Source of the DNA: a virus
Direction: 5' to 3' (one strand)
Virus record (IMG/VR): IMGVR_UViG_3300009157_000021
Coordinates: 4,302 to 68,301 of that record
Length of the DNA stretch: 64,000 nt
Part shown: piece by piece, positions 56,613-64,000 of the stretch
Numbering within the stretch: position 1 is the first letter of the stretch
Layout of the letters: the number at the start of each line of letters is the position of its first letter
Notes under the pieces: generated by a model
Databases searched by the model: none
The model's input: only the letters and a program-made list of their open reading frames with translations
Told to the model about the DNA's origin: nothing
Program-made: the position numbers and the translations under genes

Positions 56613-58583
56613 CTAGGGATTTGTTTCATTCGCCGAGACCTCTGACTCGACCGGTTCACCAATCAGATCGTTACTGGTCAAGAACGAACGGAGCGAGTTG
56701 AGATCACGACCGGTGTCCGTGTGGTGATCACCGAACCCATCGTAATCCCAATAGAATTCCTCGCCGTTTCTTGATACACTTGCTATGGTCCTAAACTGGG
56801 CCTCGGTCGGCGGAATGTTGATCTCGACGCTCATTGACCCGTTGACGGCCGTGTACCACCTAATGTAACTGGTCTCCTTGATGAACTGCTTGTACTTCTC
56901 GCGGGTGGATGGAGGCTTGTCCGGGTCCATCTTTCCGTTGTCTATCAACCATCGAATGGCGTATACCGGGTGCTGCATCGACGGTTCCTCAAATGTCAAC
57001 AGGCTACCATCGGGTCGGATGAACCCGGCCTCACCCGGAGCAACGGCCTCACGAATCGATTCGGCCATTGCCATTTCCTCGCCGTAGCGAAGAACGGCCT
57101 CCAGTCTCTCGGCCGAGTCGATGCCCGCACCCTTCCTGTTGTTGGCGTACAACCTGCTGGCACCGTATTTCTTGTACAACCGGACGGCGGCGTCGATCTG
57201 CTCGTCGGTGATCTTATCGTCCCAGTACAGGTCCATCTCACCCCTGTTTGGAGCAAACTTGCCCTCGACGGCACCGGTGTCGTAGAAAGCCACTTGTGTG
57301 GCGGCGTGCTTGGGGTTGTGATAGTGGTCCTCATCCTCGGAGAACAGAGGACCGGGAACGAGGTTCCTACCAACGATCGTTCCGCGATGCGACTTCTCGA
57401 CCGGGATCACGCTGCCGTCATTCAGAATCAGGAACTTGAGCCAGTGCTCCTCACCGGACCACGTGCTTGGTGCCAAATCGAGACTGGGCCTGACCCGTTG
57501 CTTCAATTCGGCCTGTACCGGCGGGAGGCTTTCGCAGATTCGTTTGTGAGATCGGCGCTCGCTCATCGCCATCTCTTTGCCGTAACGAAGAATCGCATCG
57601 AGCCTCTCAATCGAGTCGATACGGCTTTCGACGAAATCACCGTCAACGTCAACGTACACGTTATCGCACTCGTACTCCCTGAACAGCTTCTTGAGCTTCG
57701 CGATCTGGGGCTCGGTCAGCTTACCGGCCGAGTTCCCAATGAGAATTGCTTCGTCGGGGATGATGGATAGACGGAACGCACCGCTGGTCATCATCTCCTC
57801 GAACGCGATGGCGGGCAGATTCAGGTCCTCGGCCTCTTCATCGTCCTCTGCTTCGAGCTTGAGGATCTCTGCGGGGACATCCGCATGAACGTAGTCAACT
57901 GGTATAACCGACCCGTCATTGAGCACCCACCCCTTGCAGCGGTTCTCCTCACCCTCGAAGTTGTTGTACGCGAGATCGTCACTGACCTTGAACGTGTCCT
58001 TTACCTTTTGCTGCAGATCGGGCAGGCTGGCGCTCTTCTCTTTCAGGTGCAGCAGGTGGTCGTGCAGATCCATCTGAAAGCCCTCTGCCGTCGCGTGCTG
58101 CAGCATTTCAGGCCCGTACTCAAGGACCGCGGCGACCCGGTCGATGCTGATTTCCGCACCGTTAACGCGGTCACCGTCTGCATCGAGCGTCAGGTAACGA
58201 CAACGGTGTTCCTTCCACAGACGCAAAACTGTTCGAATCTGGGCGGGCTTTAGCTTGTTCTCATACCACAGGTCCATTTCGCGTGATTGAACGTCGATCT
58301 TGCCCTGGATACCACCGGTGTCCATGAATTCATTAACCAAGAAACCATCGTTTGGCTCCATCGGACCTTTGTGACCGGATATTGTATCCATGTGACTATT
58401 ATCAACCGTGATTACCGTGCCATCAAGCAGCACCAGGAACTTGTACCATTCTTCCTCACCGGACCAGGTGCTCGCAACCAAACCAGTAGACTCGCCATAC
58501 TTATCCTTGATGGCCTGGTGAACCGGGGGCAGGGCGGCCTCGGTGATGCGTTGACGCAGACGATCGAACAATTCATCAAACAT
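56613..58583 (-). CDS. Putative internal head polyprotein with four copies of a repeat-family domain
   Basis: MFDELFDRLRQRITE leader (ATG 58583); three K(F/G).(V/I)L.DG.VI.V...H...L.YG domains plus GFIRPDG...H. Confidence 0.75.
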   Translation of the reverse strand: MFDELFDRLRQRITEAALPPVHQAIKDKYGESTGLVASTWSGEEEWYKFLVLLDGTVITVDNSHMDTISGHKGPMEPNDGFLVNEFMDTGGIQGKIDVQSREMDLWYENKLKPAQIRTVLRLWKEHRCRYLTLDADGDRVNGAEISIDRVAAVLEYGPEMLQHATAEGFQMDLHDHLLHLKEKSASLPDLQQKVKDTFKVSDDLAYNNFEGEENRCKGWVLNDGSVIPVDYVHADVPAEILKLEAEDDEEAEDLNLPAIAFEEMMTSGAFRLSIIPDEAILIGNSAGKLTEPQIAKLKKLFREYECDNVYVDVDGDFVESRIDSIERLDAILRYGKEMAMSERRSHKRICESLPPVQAELKQRVRPSLDLAPSTWSGEEHWLKFLILNDGSVIPVEKSHRGTIVGRNLVPGPLFSEDEDHYHNPKHAATQVAFYDTGAVEGKFAPNRGEMDLYWDDKITDEQIDAAVRLYKKYGASRLYANNRKGAGIDSAERLEAVLRYGEEMAMAESIREAVAPGEAGFIRPDGSLLTFEEPSMQHPVYAIRWLIDNGKMDPDKPPSTREKYKQFIKETSYIRWYTAVNGSMSVEINIPPTEAQFRTIASVSRNGEEFYWDYDGFGDHHTDTGRDLNSLRSFLTSNDLIGEPVESEVSANETNP

Positions 58584-58668
58584 AACCAATTACCTCTCGT
58601 TGAGGTCGTACGGAATCAGACCGACCGACGTTTGGATACCGTTGACTTGACCCCATTCCGGCGGCAGA

Positions 58669-58974
58669 TCATTTGGGTTCCTTATCTCGCGGAGCCCGGC
58701 AACGGTCGCACCACGTGTGGATACCTTTTGCTTGGCATTCGCCAGAGCAGTAATCCGTCGGACCAAATTCCTCAGAGATGTAAACCTCATGAGGAACCCA
58801 GTGCACACATGGCGTGCCATCAGGGTAATCACACGCACCGGCCTCGTAGAAGTGACACCGCACCCACATTGTTGGGTCGTCGGGGCCGTGGCCGTGAACC
58901 TGTTTCTGTACTCGCTGTTCATTTGCTTTTCTCTGTCGCTTTCGTTCCCTTTTTCGTCGTGCCCTTGCGGACAT
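58669..58974 (-). CDS. Basic N-terminus, Cys-rich small protein
   Basis: ATG 58974 with GGAG SD; RRKRERKRQRK followed by several Cys. Confidence 0.5.
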   Translation of the reverse strand: MSARARRKRERKRQRKANEQRVQKQVHGHGPDDPTMWVRCHFYEAGACDYPDGTPCVHWVPHEVYISEEFGPTDYCSGECQAKGIHTWCDRCRAPRDKEPK

Positions 58975-59000
58975 GATGCGTCTCCGACGATAGGTTACCT

Positions 59001-60371
59001 TTACAACACCTTCTTCCAGAAACACCCACGCTTGGATCGATGGTACTCCTCGAACCCGGCGCTCTTGAACATTCGCACGGATTCATCGTTGCCGAACTCT
59101 ATGAACCCAGACAACGATTTCGCACCCTTTAGCTTGACGTGCTCGATGACGAACAGCAACAGTTCCGACCCGTAACCGCTCCCCTTCGGGTTGGCCTCGA
59201 TCCAGTGAATATACGCGTCGTCGCCCTTGTACTCGATGGTAGCCCTGGCCACACTTCGGTGCCCGCTATTTTCATAACCGACAAAGAACGTCCTTTCCGG
59301 ACGTTCGTCGACCGTGACGGTCAAGCGACCCCCATTGATGCTCTCCTTCAACTGATTCAACCTCACCCAACCGCCATCGGTCAGAACCTCAAGCAGATCC
59401 GCGTCGACCGGCTTCGTCATGTAGAAATCACCAGTCGACTCCTCCTTCATGTTTGGCACTGATGTCTTCGCGACCCGCACAACGACAGCCTGCGGCCTGC
59501 TGAAATCCACGGTGCCAGCCTCGGAATCGGACCAGTAGGACCGGCGCTGGGTAGATCCATCGGGCCACGTTTGTTGGGGCTCGTCGGTCCAGACCTCGGA
59601 GTCCTGCGGTCGGCCCACAATCAGCTCACCGTCGGCGATGATATCGTACAGTGAGTCCCGGGTCGTCGTGTGATAGAAGTAGTCACCGGCCTCACCACCC
59701 TTGCTACCGCCGCGGGGTTCGAGAAATCGAGCCTCGTTCGTCCTGTGAAGCCGCTTCTTCCAATACTTGTTTCGTTCCTGCCAGGTGCCGGAACGACCAC
59801 GCTTTTCGTACTCGTCCCGATGATAGAACTCGGCGAACTTGTCCCAGTACTGCTCGTGGGCGTACTTCTTTAGCTGAACCTGGGCGTCTGCTTTGGCCTT
59901 TTCCTCGGTGGACATCCGATCATAGTTTTTCTGGTCTATACCGAGAACCTCTTGCAGATCGTCATCCCAAAAGCCCATCCACCAACCACCGGGCACCGGA
60001 TGACTCGGGTCGGCCTTGCGTATGGTGAACTCTCGATGATTGTCGTGAATCTCTACCCGAAACTCGCCATCCTCGGCGCTCGCTAACACGTGCTTGGGGT
60101 CGTAGCCCTTGACGTCCCTTTCCTGCTCCTCACGGTGCTGACGAACGAATCGTGCATGGACATCCTCACCCTCCTTAACCGGCCCTCTACGACGGCGGTA
60201 CTTGTCGAAGTTCATAGGAGCCTCGACCTTCTTTACGCCGGACTCGCTCGTTGCCAATTGAAGATCGGCGTCAATCTCTTCCTCACTGGCTCCCTCAAAG
60301 TACATCTTTAGGAGCCCCACGGCGGTCTTGCGTCGACCGGCCTCCAGCAATCTATCAAGGAGCTCGTTCAC
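59001..60371 (-). CDS. Putative internal head polyprotein with ART/Tpt1-like and GNAT acetyltransferase domains
   Basis: MNELLDRLLE leader; YFYHTT...I..GEL...SYWS...VVVRV; C-terminal KGSGYGS.LL...N..SV..FKSAGF. Confidence 0.7.
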   Translation of the reverse strand: MNELLDRLLEAGRRKTAVGLLKMYFEGASEEEIDADLQLATSESGVKKVEAPMNFDKYRRRRGPVKEGEDVHARFVRQHREEQERDVKGYDPKHVLASAEDGEFRVEIHDNHREFTIRKADPSHPVPGGWWMGFWDDDLQEVLGIDQKNYDRMSTEEKAKADAQVQLKKYAHEQYWDKFAEFYHRDEYEKRGRSGTWQERNKYWKKRLHRTNEARFLEPRGGSKGGEAGDYFYHTTTRDSLYDIIADGELIVGRPQDSEVWTDEPQQTWPDGSTQRRSYWSDSEAGTVDFSRPQAVVVRVAKTSVPNMKEESTGDFYMTKPVDADLLEVLTDGGWVRLNQLKESINGGRLTVTVDERPERTFFVGYENSGHRSVARATIEYKGDDAYIHWIEANPKGSGYGSELLLFVIEHVKLKGAKSLSGFIEFGNDESVRMFKSAGFEEYHRSKRGCFWKKVL

Positions 60372-60693
60372 CGATTCTCCTCCCGGTGTTCCTCTCGACC
60401 TGCACGGCCCGATCGTCCCACAGCTGAATCATGTACTTGTCCTTCATACAGGTCACTTCGAGACGCGGCATGCCGTGGGCTTCGAGCCAGTCCTGTATCG
60501 GTGTGGGGTCGAAATTCGGGCAGTTGGCCCGTGCGGTGAATATCTTCACGGTGGTCCGCTTGCGGGTCCAACGAAGAATCCGATTGACCATAACCGGAAC
60601 TGGCTCGCCGATCATACTCGGGTCCTTCATGGGTGGCTCATAATAAGCGAGCGTCCCATCAAGATCAACACCTATCCACGCTTTACTGCTCAT
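60355..60693 (-). CDS. Small HAD-family phosphatase-like protein
   Basis: WIGVDLDGTL, IFTAR, KD, WDDRA. Confidence 0.8.
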   Translation of the reverse strand: MSSKAWIGVDLDGTLAYYEPPMKDPSMIGEPVPVMVNRILRWTRKRTTVKIFTARANCPNFDPTPIQDWLEAHGMPRLEVTCMKDKYMIQLWDDRAVQVERNTGRRIGERAP

Positions 60694-60741
60694 TTTAGAC
60701 CCCTTCTACCGGGTGTATCATTCATTCGGGCCTCTACACCA

Positions 60742-61236
60742 CTAATACTCCCACTTACCGCCGCTTCGATCTTTAATCTTACCCATCTTTTGAAGGAGGT
60801 CTATGATCTCTCGCACCACCGACTCGTATTTAACCCAGCCCTTACCCCCAGAACCCATAACAAAATGCATCAACATCGGTTGGTCGCTATGAAACTGGTT
60901 CACGGCCCTATCAAGGGCCTTCATCTTCTTCCTTGGATCAGATTCCGATTTAATTGCGGATTGGATCTCCGACAACCTTTTTCTCCAATCTATTCTGATC
61001 CTCTCATCGTCCTCCCTCGTTATGAACCAACCCTCACCAAGCGGATCGTATTCATGCTCATCAAACCACTTTACCGAATCGCTGTAGTACTCAAACATCG
61101 TCAGCAACCCCTCATCAAGGTCCTCCACGGACGGGGTTCTTCCACCATCGATGTCCCTGTACACACGGAGAATAGCCGACATTCCCTTATAATTTGACTC
61201 GGTAACCAGCATCAACCTATCAATCAGCTCATTCAT
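60742..61236 (-). CDS. Putative internal head protein with shared leader (paralog of 35019..35489)
   Basis: MNELIDRLMLVTE leader; ATGA-coupled to the portal stop. Confidence 0.65.
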   Translation of the reverse strand: MNELIDRLMLVTESNYKGMSAILRVYRDIDGGRTPSVEDLDEGLLTMFEYYSDSVKWFDEHEYDPLGEGWFITREDDERIRIDWRKRLSEIQSAIKSESDPRKKMKALDRAVNQFHSDQPMLMHFVMGSGGKGWVKYESVVREIIDLLQKMGKIKDRSGGKWEY

Positions 61237-63086
61237 TTCTCAATCTTGACCTTTACATCCTTCCAGGTCTCGTTCCAGTCATCCTGCCACCGGCTGTCGA
61301 GCACACGGCCGACGCCATCACAGCTCTCCGTGATCGGCAGGTAACTGATCAGATCACCGTTTACTATTGGGATGTAGTTCCCTTTGCCGCCCTTGACCTC
61401 GACCATCCTAATCCTACGTTCAGGCGTCATCTTCTCCGGGCTCTCGTCGGGTGCGAGCTCGTCGGCGTTCCGCAGGTCGTCGGTCATATCGTCGATGCTC
61501 GGGCCGGGCTCGGCACCCGGACTGAACTGATCACCCTCACCCGGGGTGGGAGCGACCGCAGCCCGCTCCTTGGCGATCTGTTCGGGGGTCTTGATGTAGT
61601 CGCGAAGGTCGAAGTCCTCCAGCTTGAGGATCTTTTGGTTCAGGTAGTTGAAAATCTCGACCTTGTCAACGTTCTCGTCGCAATCAACCGCGGTGTCAAT
61701 CATCTTCTGAATGACATCGATCCCCGTGTTGAGGGTGTCCTTGATCGTCTCCTCTTCGGCGGTGCTCGTCTCACTCATGCAAATCTCGAACAGCCGCGGA
61801 TCGGGGTCCATGTTCATGTAGGCCAGATGAATCTGACACAGACGCTTGATCCCGGCCTTGAGCGCCCTCTGCAGACGGCGGGCCGTGTGGGCGAACTCTA
61901 TACTGAGCTTCTCGATGGCCTGCGACCCAAGCGACCCACTGGCCTCGTCAACGTATCCACCGAGAACACTCAGCGGAACACGCAGGGTGCACGAAAGCTG
62001 GTTTCTCAACTCCTCGATGTCGGCGATCCACCGAATATCGACCTCACCCCCGATCTTGTCGTAGGTAAGGTCATTGGTGTCGCCCCACACCGGGATCAGC
62101 AGATCCTCGACCGCGGACAGCGGGCCGAACTTACTGTCGAAATTCGGGTTGCCGGGCGACGTGTCCAAGGCTCTCGCCTTCTTCAACTGACCCACGAGTT
62201 GCTGGATGAGCTCGGCGACGGATTCCTGGTTGGTAGAGTCGACCTTGAGCTTCCAGATGTAACGAATGATGCCGCGGGTCAGACGTGCCATCATCAGGCT
62301 GTCCTCGGCCATTCGCAGGCGCTTGTACGCCGCCAGACTGTTGATGATGATGCTCGTACCGTATCGGCTGGTGACCTGCTTGTTGTCGGAGCCCGTCATG
62401 AGATAGCTGTTGCGGAACTCCGTGTACGTGGGGTCACCGAACTGCGGGCGCTTGCGTTTGGCACCAAGCGTCCGGAAGTGAACGATTTCCCAGGGCGGAA
62501 TCAGGGTGGACGGATTCCCTTGGTTCTCGCCCTGGGGTGTCTCGAAGAACCCAATCAGACAGCCGTTGTGATCGACCCGGCTGAGATTGATGGGGTGTTG
62601 ATCGTCGTCGATAGAGATGACCCCGACACCCGGCGTACCGTTGACCTTAACGAACAGGTCGCCAAAGGCCGCGGTGTTCCAGGCCCAGTCGAATATCTTT
62701 TCCTCAATACTTATATCATCGAGCAGCTTCGTGAGAATCCGCTGATAGGTCGGGTTCTCGGAGGTCACCCAGACACTGGCATTATGCAAATGATTGAAAT
62801 TAGTCGCGTAATCGGCGTAGAGCTCTATGGCGGGCCCGATCATCCAGTGCTCGACGGCCCGCGTGATCTCGTTGTAGAATCTTGCCCGATCGTAATTGAC
62901 CGCGACATCCGCGTGAATCCGCTCGAAAAGTTGACCCGCAGACATACCGATCTGTTGAAGGAGCTTCTTGTCCTCCTCGGTCAGGTGTGCCTTAATGGCG
63001 TCCGTGGACACCATCGTGGGTTTGCGTTCGAGCTTTTGCAGTAGCTTGAAGGGGTTGCCCAGAGCCATTCTTTGTATTCCGTCCAA
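61233..63086 (-). CDS. Portal protein (T4 gp20-like)
   Basis: IVHFR, RYGTSII, LRMAEDS.M.ARLTR, EDL.IP, LRVP..L; start may be MALGNPF. Confidence 0.9.
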   Translation of the reverse strand: MDGIQRMALGNPFKLLQKLERKPTMVSTDAIKAHLTEEDKKLLQQIGMSAGQLFERIHADVAVNYDRARFYNEITRAVEHWMIGPAIELYADYATNFNHLHNASVWVTSENPTYQRILTKLLDDISIEEKIFDWAWNTAAFGDLFVKVNGTPGVGVISIDDDQHPINLSRVDHNGCLIGFFETPQGENQGNPSTLIPPWEIVHFRTLGAKRKRPQFGDPTYTEFRNSYLMTGSDNKQVTSRYGTSIIINSLAAYKRLRMAEDSLMMARLTRGIIRYIWKLKVDSTNQESVAELIQQLVGQLKKARALDTSPGNPNFDSKFGPLSAVEDLLIPVWGDTNDLTYDKIGGEVDIRWIADIEELRNQLSCTLRVPLSVLGGYVDEASGSLGSQAIEKLSIEFAHTARRLQRALKAGIKRLCQIHLAYMNMDPDPRLFEICMSETSTAEEETIKDTLNTGIDVIQKMIDTAVDCDENVDKVEIFNYLNQKILKLEDFDLRDYIKTPEQIAKERAAVAPTPGEGDQFSPGAEPGPSIDDMTDDLRNADELAPDESPEKMTPERRIRMVEVKGGKGNYIPIVNGDLISYLPITESCDGVGRVLDSRWQDDWNETWKDVKVKIEK

Positions 63087-63120
63087 AACAAATAGATATT
63101 GCTCAGAACATTGCTGCCCT

Positions 63121-63133
63121 CATAAAAAGAGAC
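63121..63133 (-). promoter_or_regulatory. Candidate late-promoter element GTCTCTTTTTATG
   Basis: Identical 13-mer at 56421-56433; partial copies upstream of the sheath, gp25 and fibre genes. Confidence 0.4.
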
Positions 63134-63160
63134 AAAGCGCCGAGCATCGAAACTGGAACC

Positions 63161-63190
63161 TTCCCACCGGGTAGGTCGGCTAAGTATAAT
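63161..63190 (+). promoter_or_regulatory. Sigma70-like promoter (TTCCCA-18 nt-TATAAT)
   Basis: Perfect -10 at 63185-63190 in the divergent intergenic region. Confidence 0.6.
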
Positions 63191-63196
63191 CAAATC

Positions 63197-63523
63197 GACA
63201 AGGGCATGATGCTCGCGGGCTGGGGCCACCCGGTAATAACCGGCCAACCCGCGGAAATGAGCACGGGCCGGCTAGTCCGGGCCCGGCTAGTCCGGGCCCG
63301 GCGGCACCGATCAATTGGTCGGCAAGCACCTGGTTGGATTCACCCGTGCTATTTCTTTGAAATCTGAACGTGGGTCGTCTGGTAAGGCACGAAGGCAGGA
63401 TTCCTGCCGGGATACAGGTAGCCGACGACCCATTCGAGGACCCGACTGGGGCCAAGGCTAAGAGACGTGCTGAGGCTCGGGTACGCCGACCCGTTATTTG
63501 GCCCAGCCGGGTCCTTTTCATTT
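63197..63523 (+). ncRNA. Candidate large structured RNA (four stem-closed domains) or 5' leader
   Basis: Four consecutive closing stems (63214/63253, 63254/63355, 63366/63435, 63438/63514), followed by TTTTCATTT. Confidence 0.55.
63268..63302 (+). repeat. 15-bp tandem repeat CCGGCTAGTCCGGGC x2.3
   Basis: Exact copies at 63268-63282 and 63283-63297, plus CCGGC. Confidence 0.9.
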
Positions 63524-63538
63524 CTCAGGAGAACACCA

Positions 63539-63712
63539 ATGGCAGCCAAGAAGCAGAAACGAGCGAAGCGCCTACACAAGTGCGAATACTGCGGTCGAAA
63601 GAACAGAACCGTGAAGCACCAGGAGGATCCCTACGAGTCGGACCTGTACGCCGATCGAACCAAGCACTGGATCTGCGACGAGTGCTGCACGGACAGGGCC
63701 AACGATCTCTAA
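63539..63712 (+). CDS. Small Zn-ribbon protein
   Basis: AGGAG SD; CEYCG...DPY...CDEC. Confidence 0.7.
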   Translation: MAAKKQKRAKRLHKCEYCGRKNRTVKHQEDPYESDLYADRTKHWICDECCTDRANDL

Positions 63713-63727
63713 TGGGAGTCGGTTAAT

Positions 63728-63937
63728 ATGAAGCACCGAATTAACATCTACCTGGTAGTAGAATCACGCGACATTACGACGGCCCGTGCGATGCGTGATT
63801 TCATCACCGGCATGATTACCGGACGGATCGTGACCGCCGACATCAAGGTTCACGCCGACCCCGAGTTGACGAACGAGGAGGTACAGGAACTTGGCGTCAA
63901 GCGTCTCACGGATCTCTTTCGCGGGTATTACACATGA
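63728..63937 (+). CDS. Hypothetical protein
   Basis: GGGAG SD; follows 63539..63712. Confidence 0.6.
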   Translation: MKHRINIYLVVESRDITTARAMRDFITGMITGRIVTADIKVHADPELTNEEVQELGVKRLTDLFRGYYT

Positions 63938-64000
63938 CGACGCGAACGATTTTGTTGCGGCTGTTTTCGTCGTGGCTGTCTTCTTTTTGCGGCGATTACA

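Noticed and set aside
58590-58922. Alternative-frame ORF whose tail (NDLPPEWGQ...) could be a frameshift extension of 58669..58974
   Set aside because: No convincing slippery site or homology evidence; left as unsupported.
1642-63044. Long plus-strand ORFs (e.g. 1642..2775, 17347..18573, 32795..33997, 46342..47859, 48107..49864, 50930..52489, 61635..63044)
   Set aside because: They are antisense shadows of clearly recognisable minus-strand genes, as expected from high GC3 bias, and show no motifs of their own.
63180-63521. Minus-strand ORF with AGPGL repeats across the structured region
   Set aside because: The repeat comes from the 15-bp DNA duplication, the composition is not protein-like, and base-pairing explains the sequence better.
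1-64000. CRISPR array, tRNAs, reverse transcriptase/DGR, stop-codon reassignment, inteins
   Set aside because: I saw no spaced direct repeats, cloverleafs, RT motifs or intein termini, and core genes are intact in the standard code.

Overview
This window is part of a large T4-like myovirus genome. Almost everything is on the minus strand, in one densely overlapping gene run read from 63086 down to 1. The order is: portal; cargo-like and small virion genes; prohead protease/scaffold; major capsid; neck; sheath; tube(s); tail chaperone; tape measure; hub, spike and baseplate; Kelch protein; two paralogous fibre proteins. A ~14 kb cluster of glycosyltransferases, sugar-nucleotide enzymes and methyltransferases follows with no gap, then a phosphoesterase and the 5' part of a class II ribonucleotide reductase. 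No terminase, tRNA, CRISPR array or integrase is visible. Five observations stand out. (1) At least 8 ORFs share an N-terminal leader, M(F)-N/D/E-E/D-L-hydrophobic-D/N/G-R/K-L ... hydrophobic-x-E, which resembles the T4 capsid-targeting signal; one of them is a hidden ATA-start ORF. (2) Several of these, plus two large acidic proteins, look like polyproteins of small domains (ART-like, GNAT, DMP19/DUF4375-like, DUF5661-like, SWIM-like, and an unnamed domain in 7 copies) separated by xxE protease-type linkers. This suggests a capsid-loaded, protease-processed effector payload. (3) A ~320 nt four-domain structured RNA candidate sits behind a TATAAT promoter, divergent from the portal. (4) The glycosylation cluster is coupled to the tail-fibre genes. 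(5) There is an HNH-RmlC fusion and a candidate +1 frameshift in the tail chaperone. All family assignments come from motif recognition by eye; no database searches were run.
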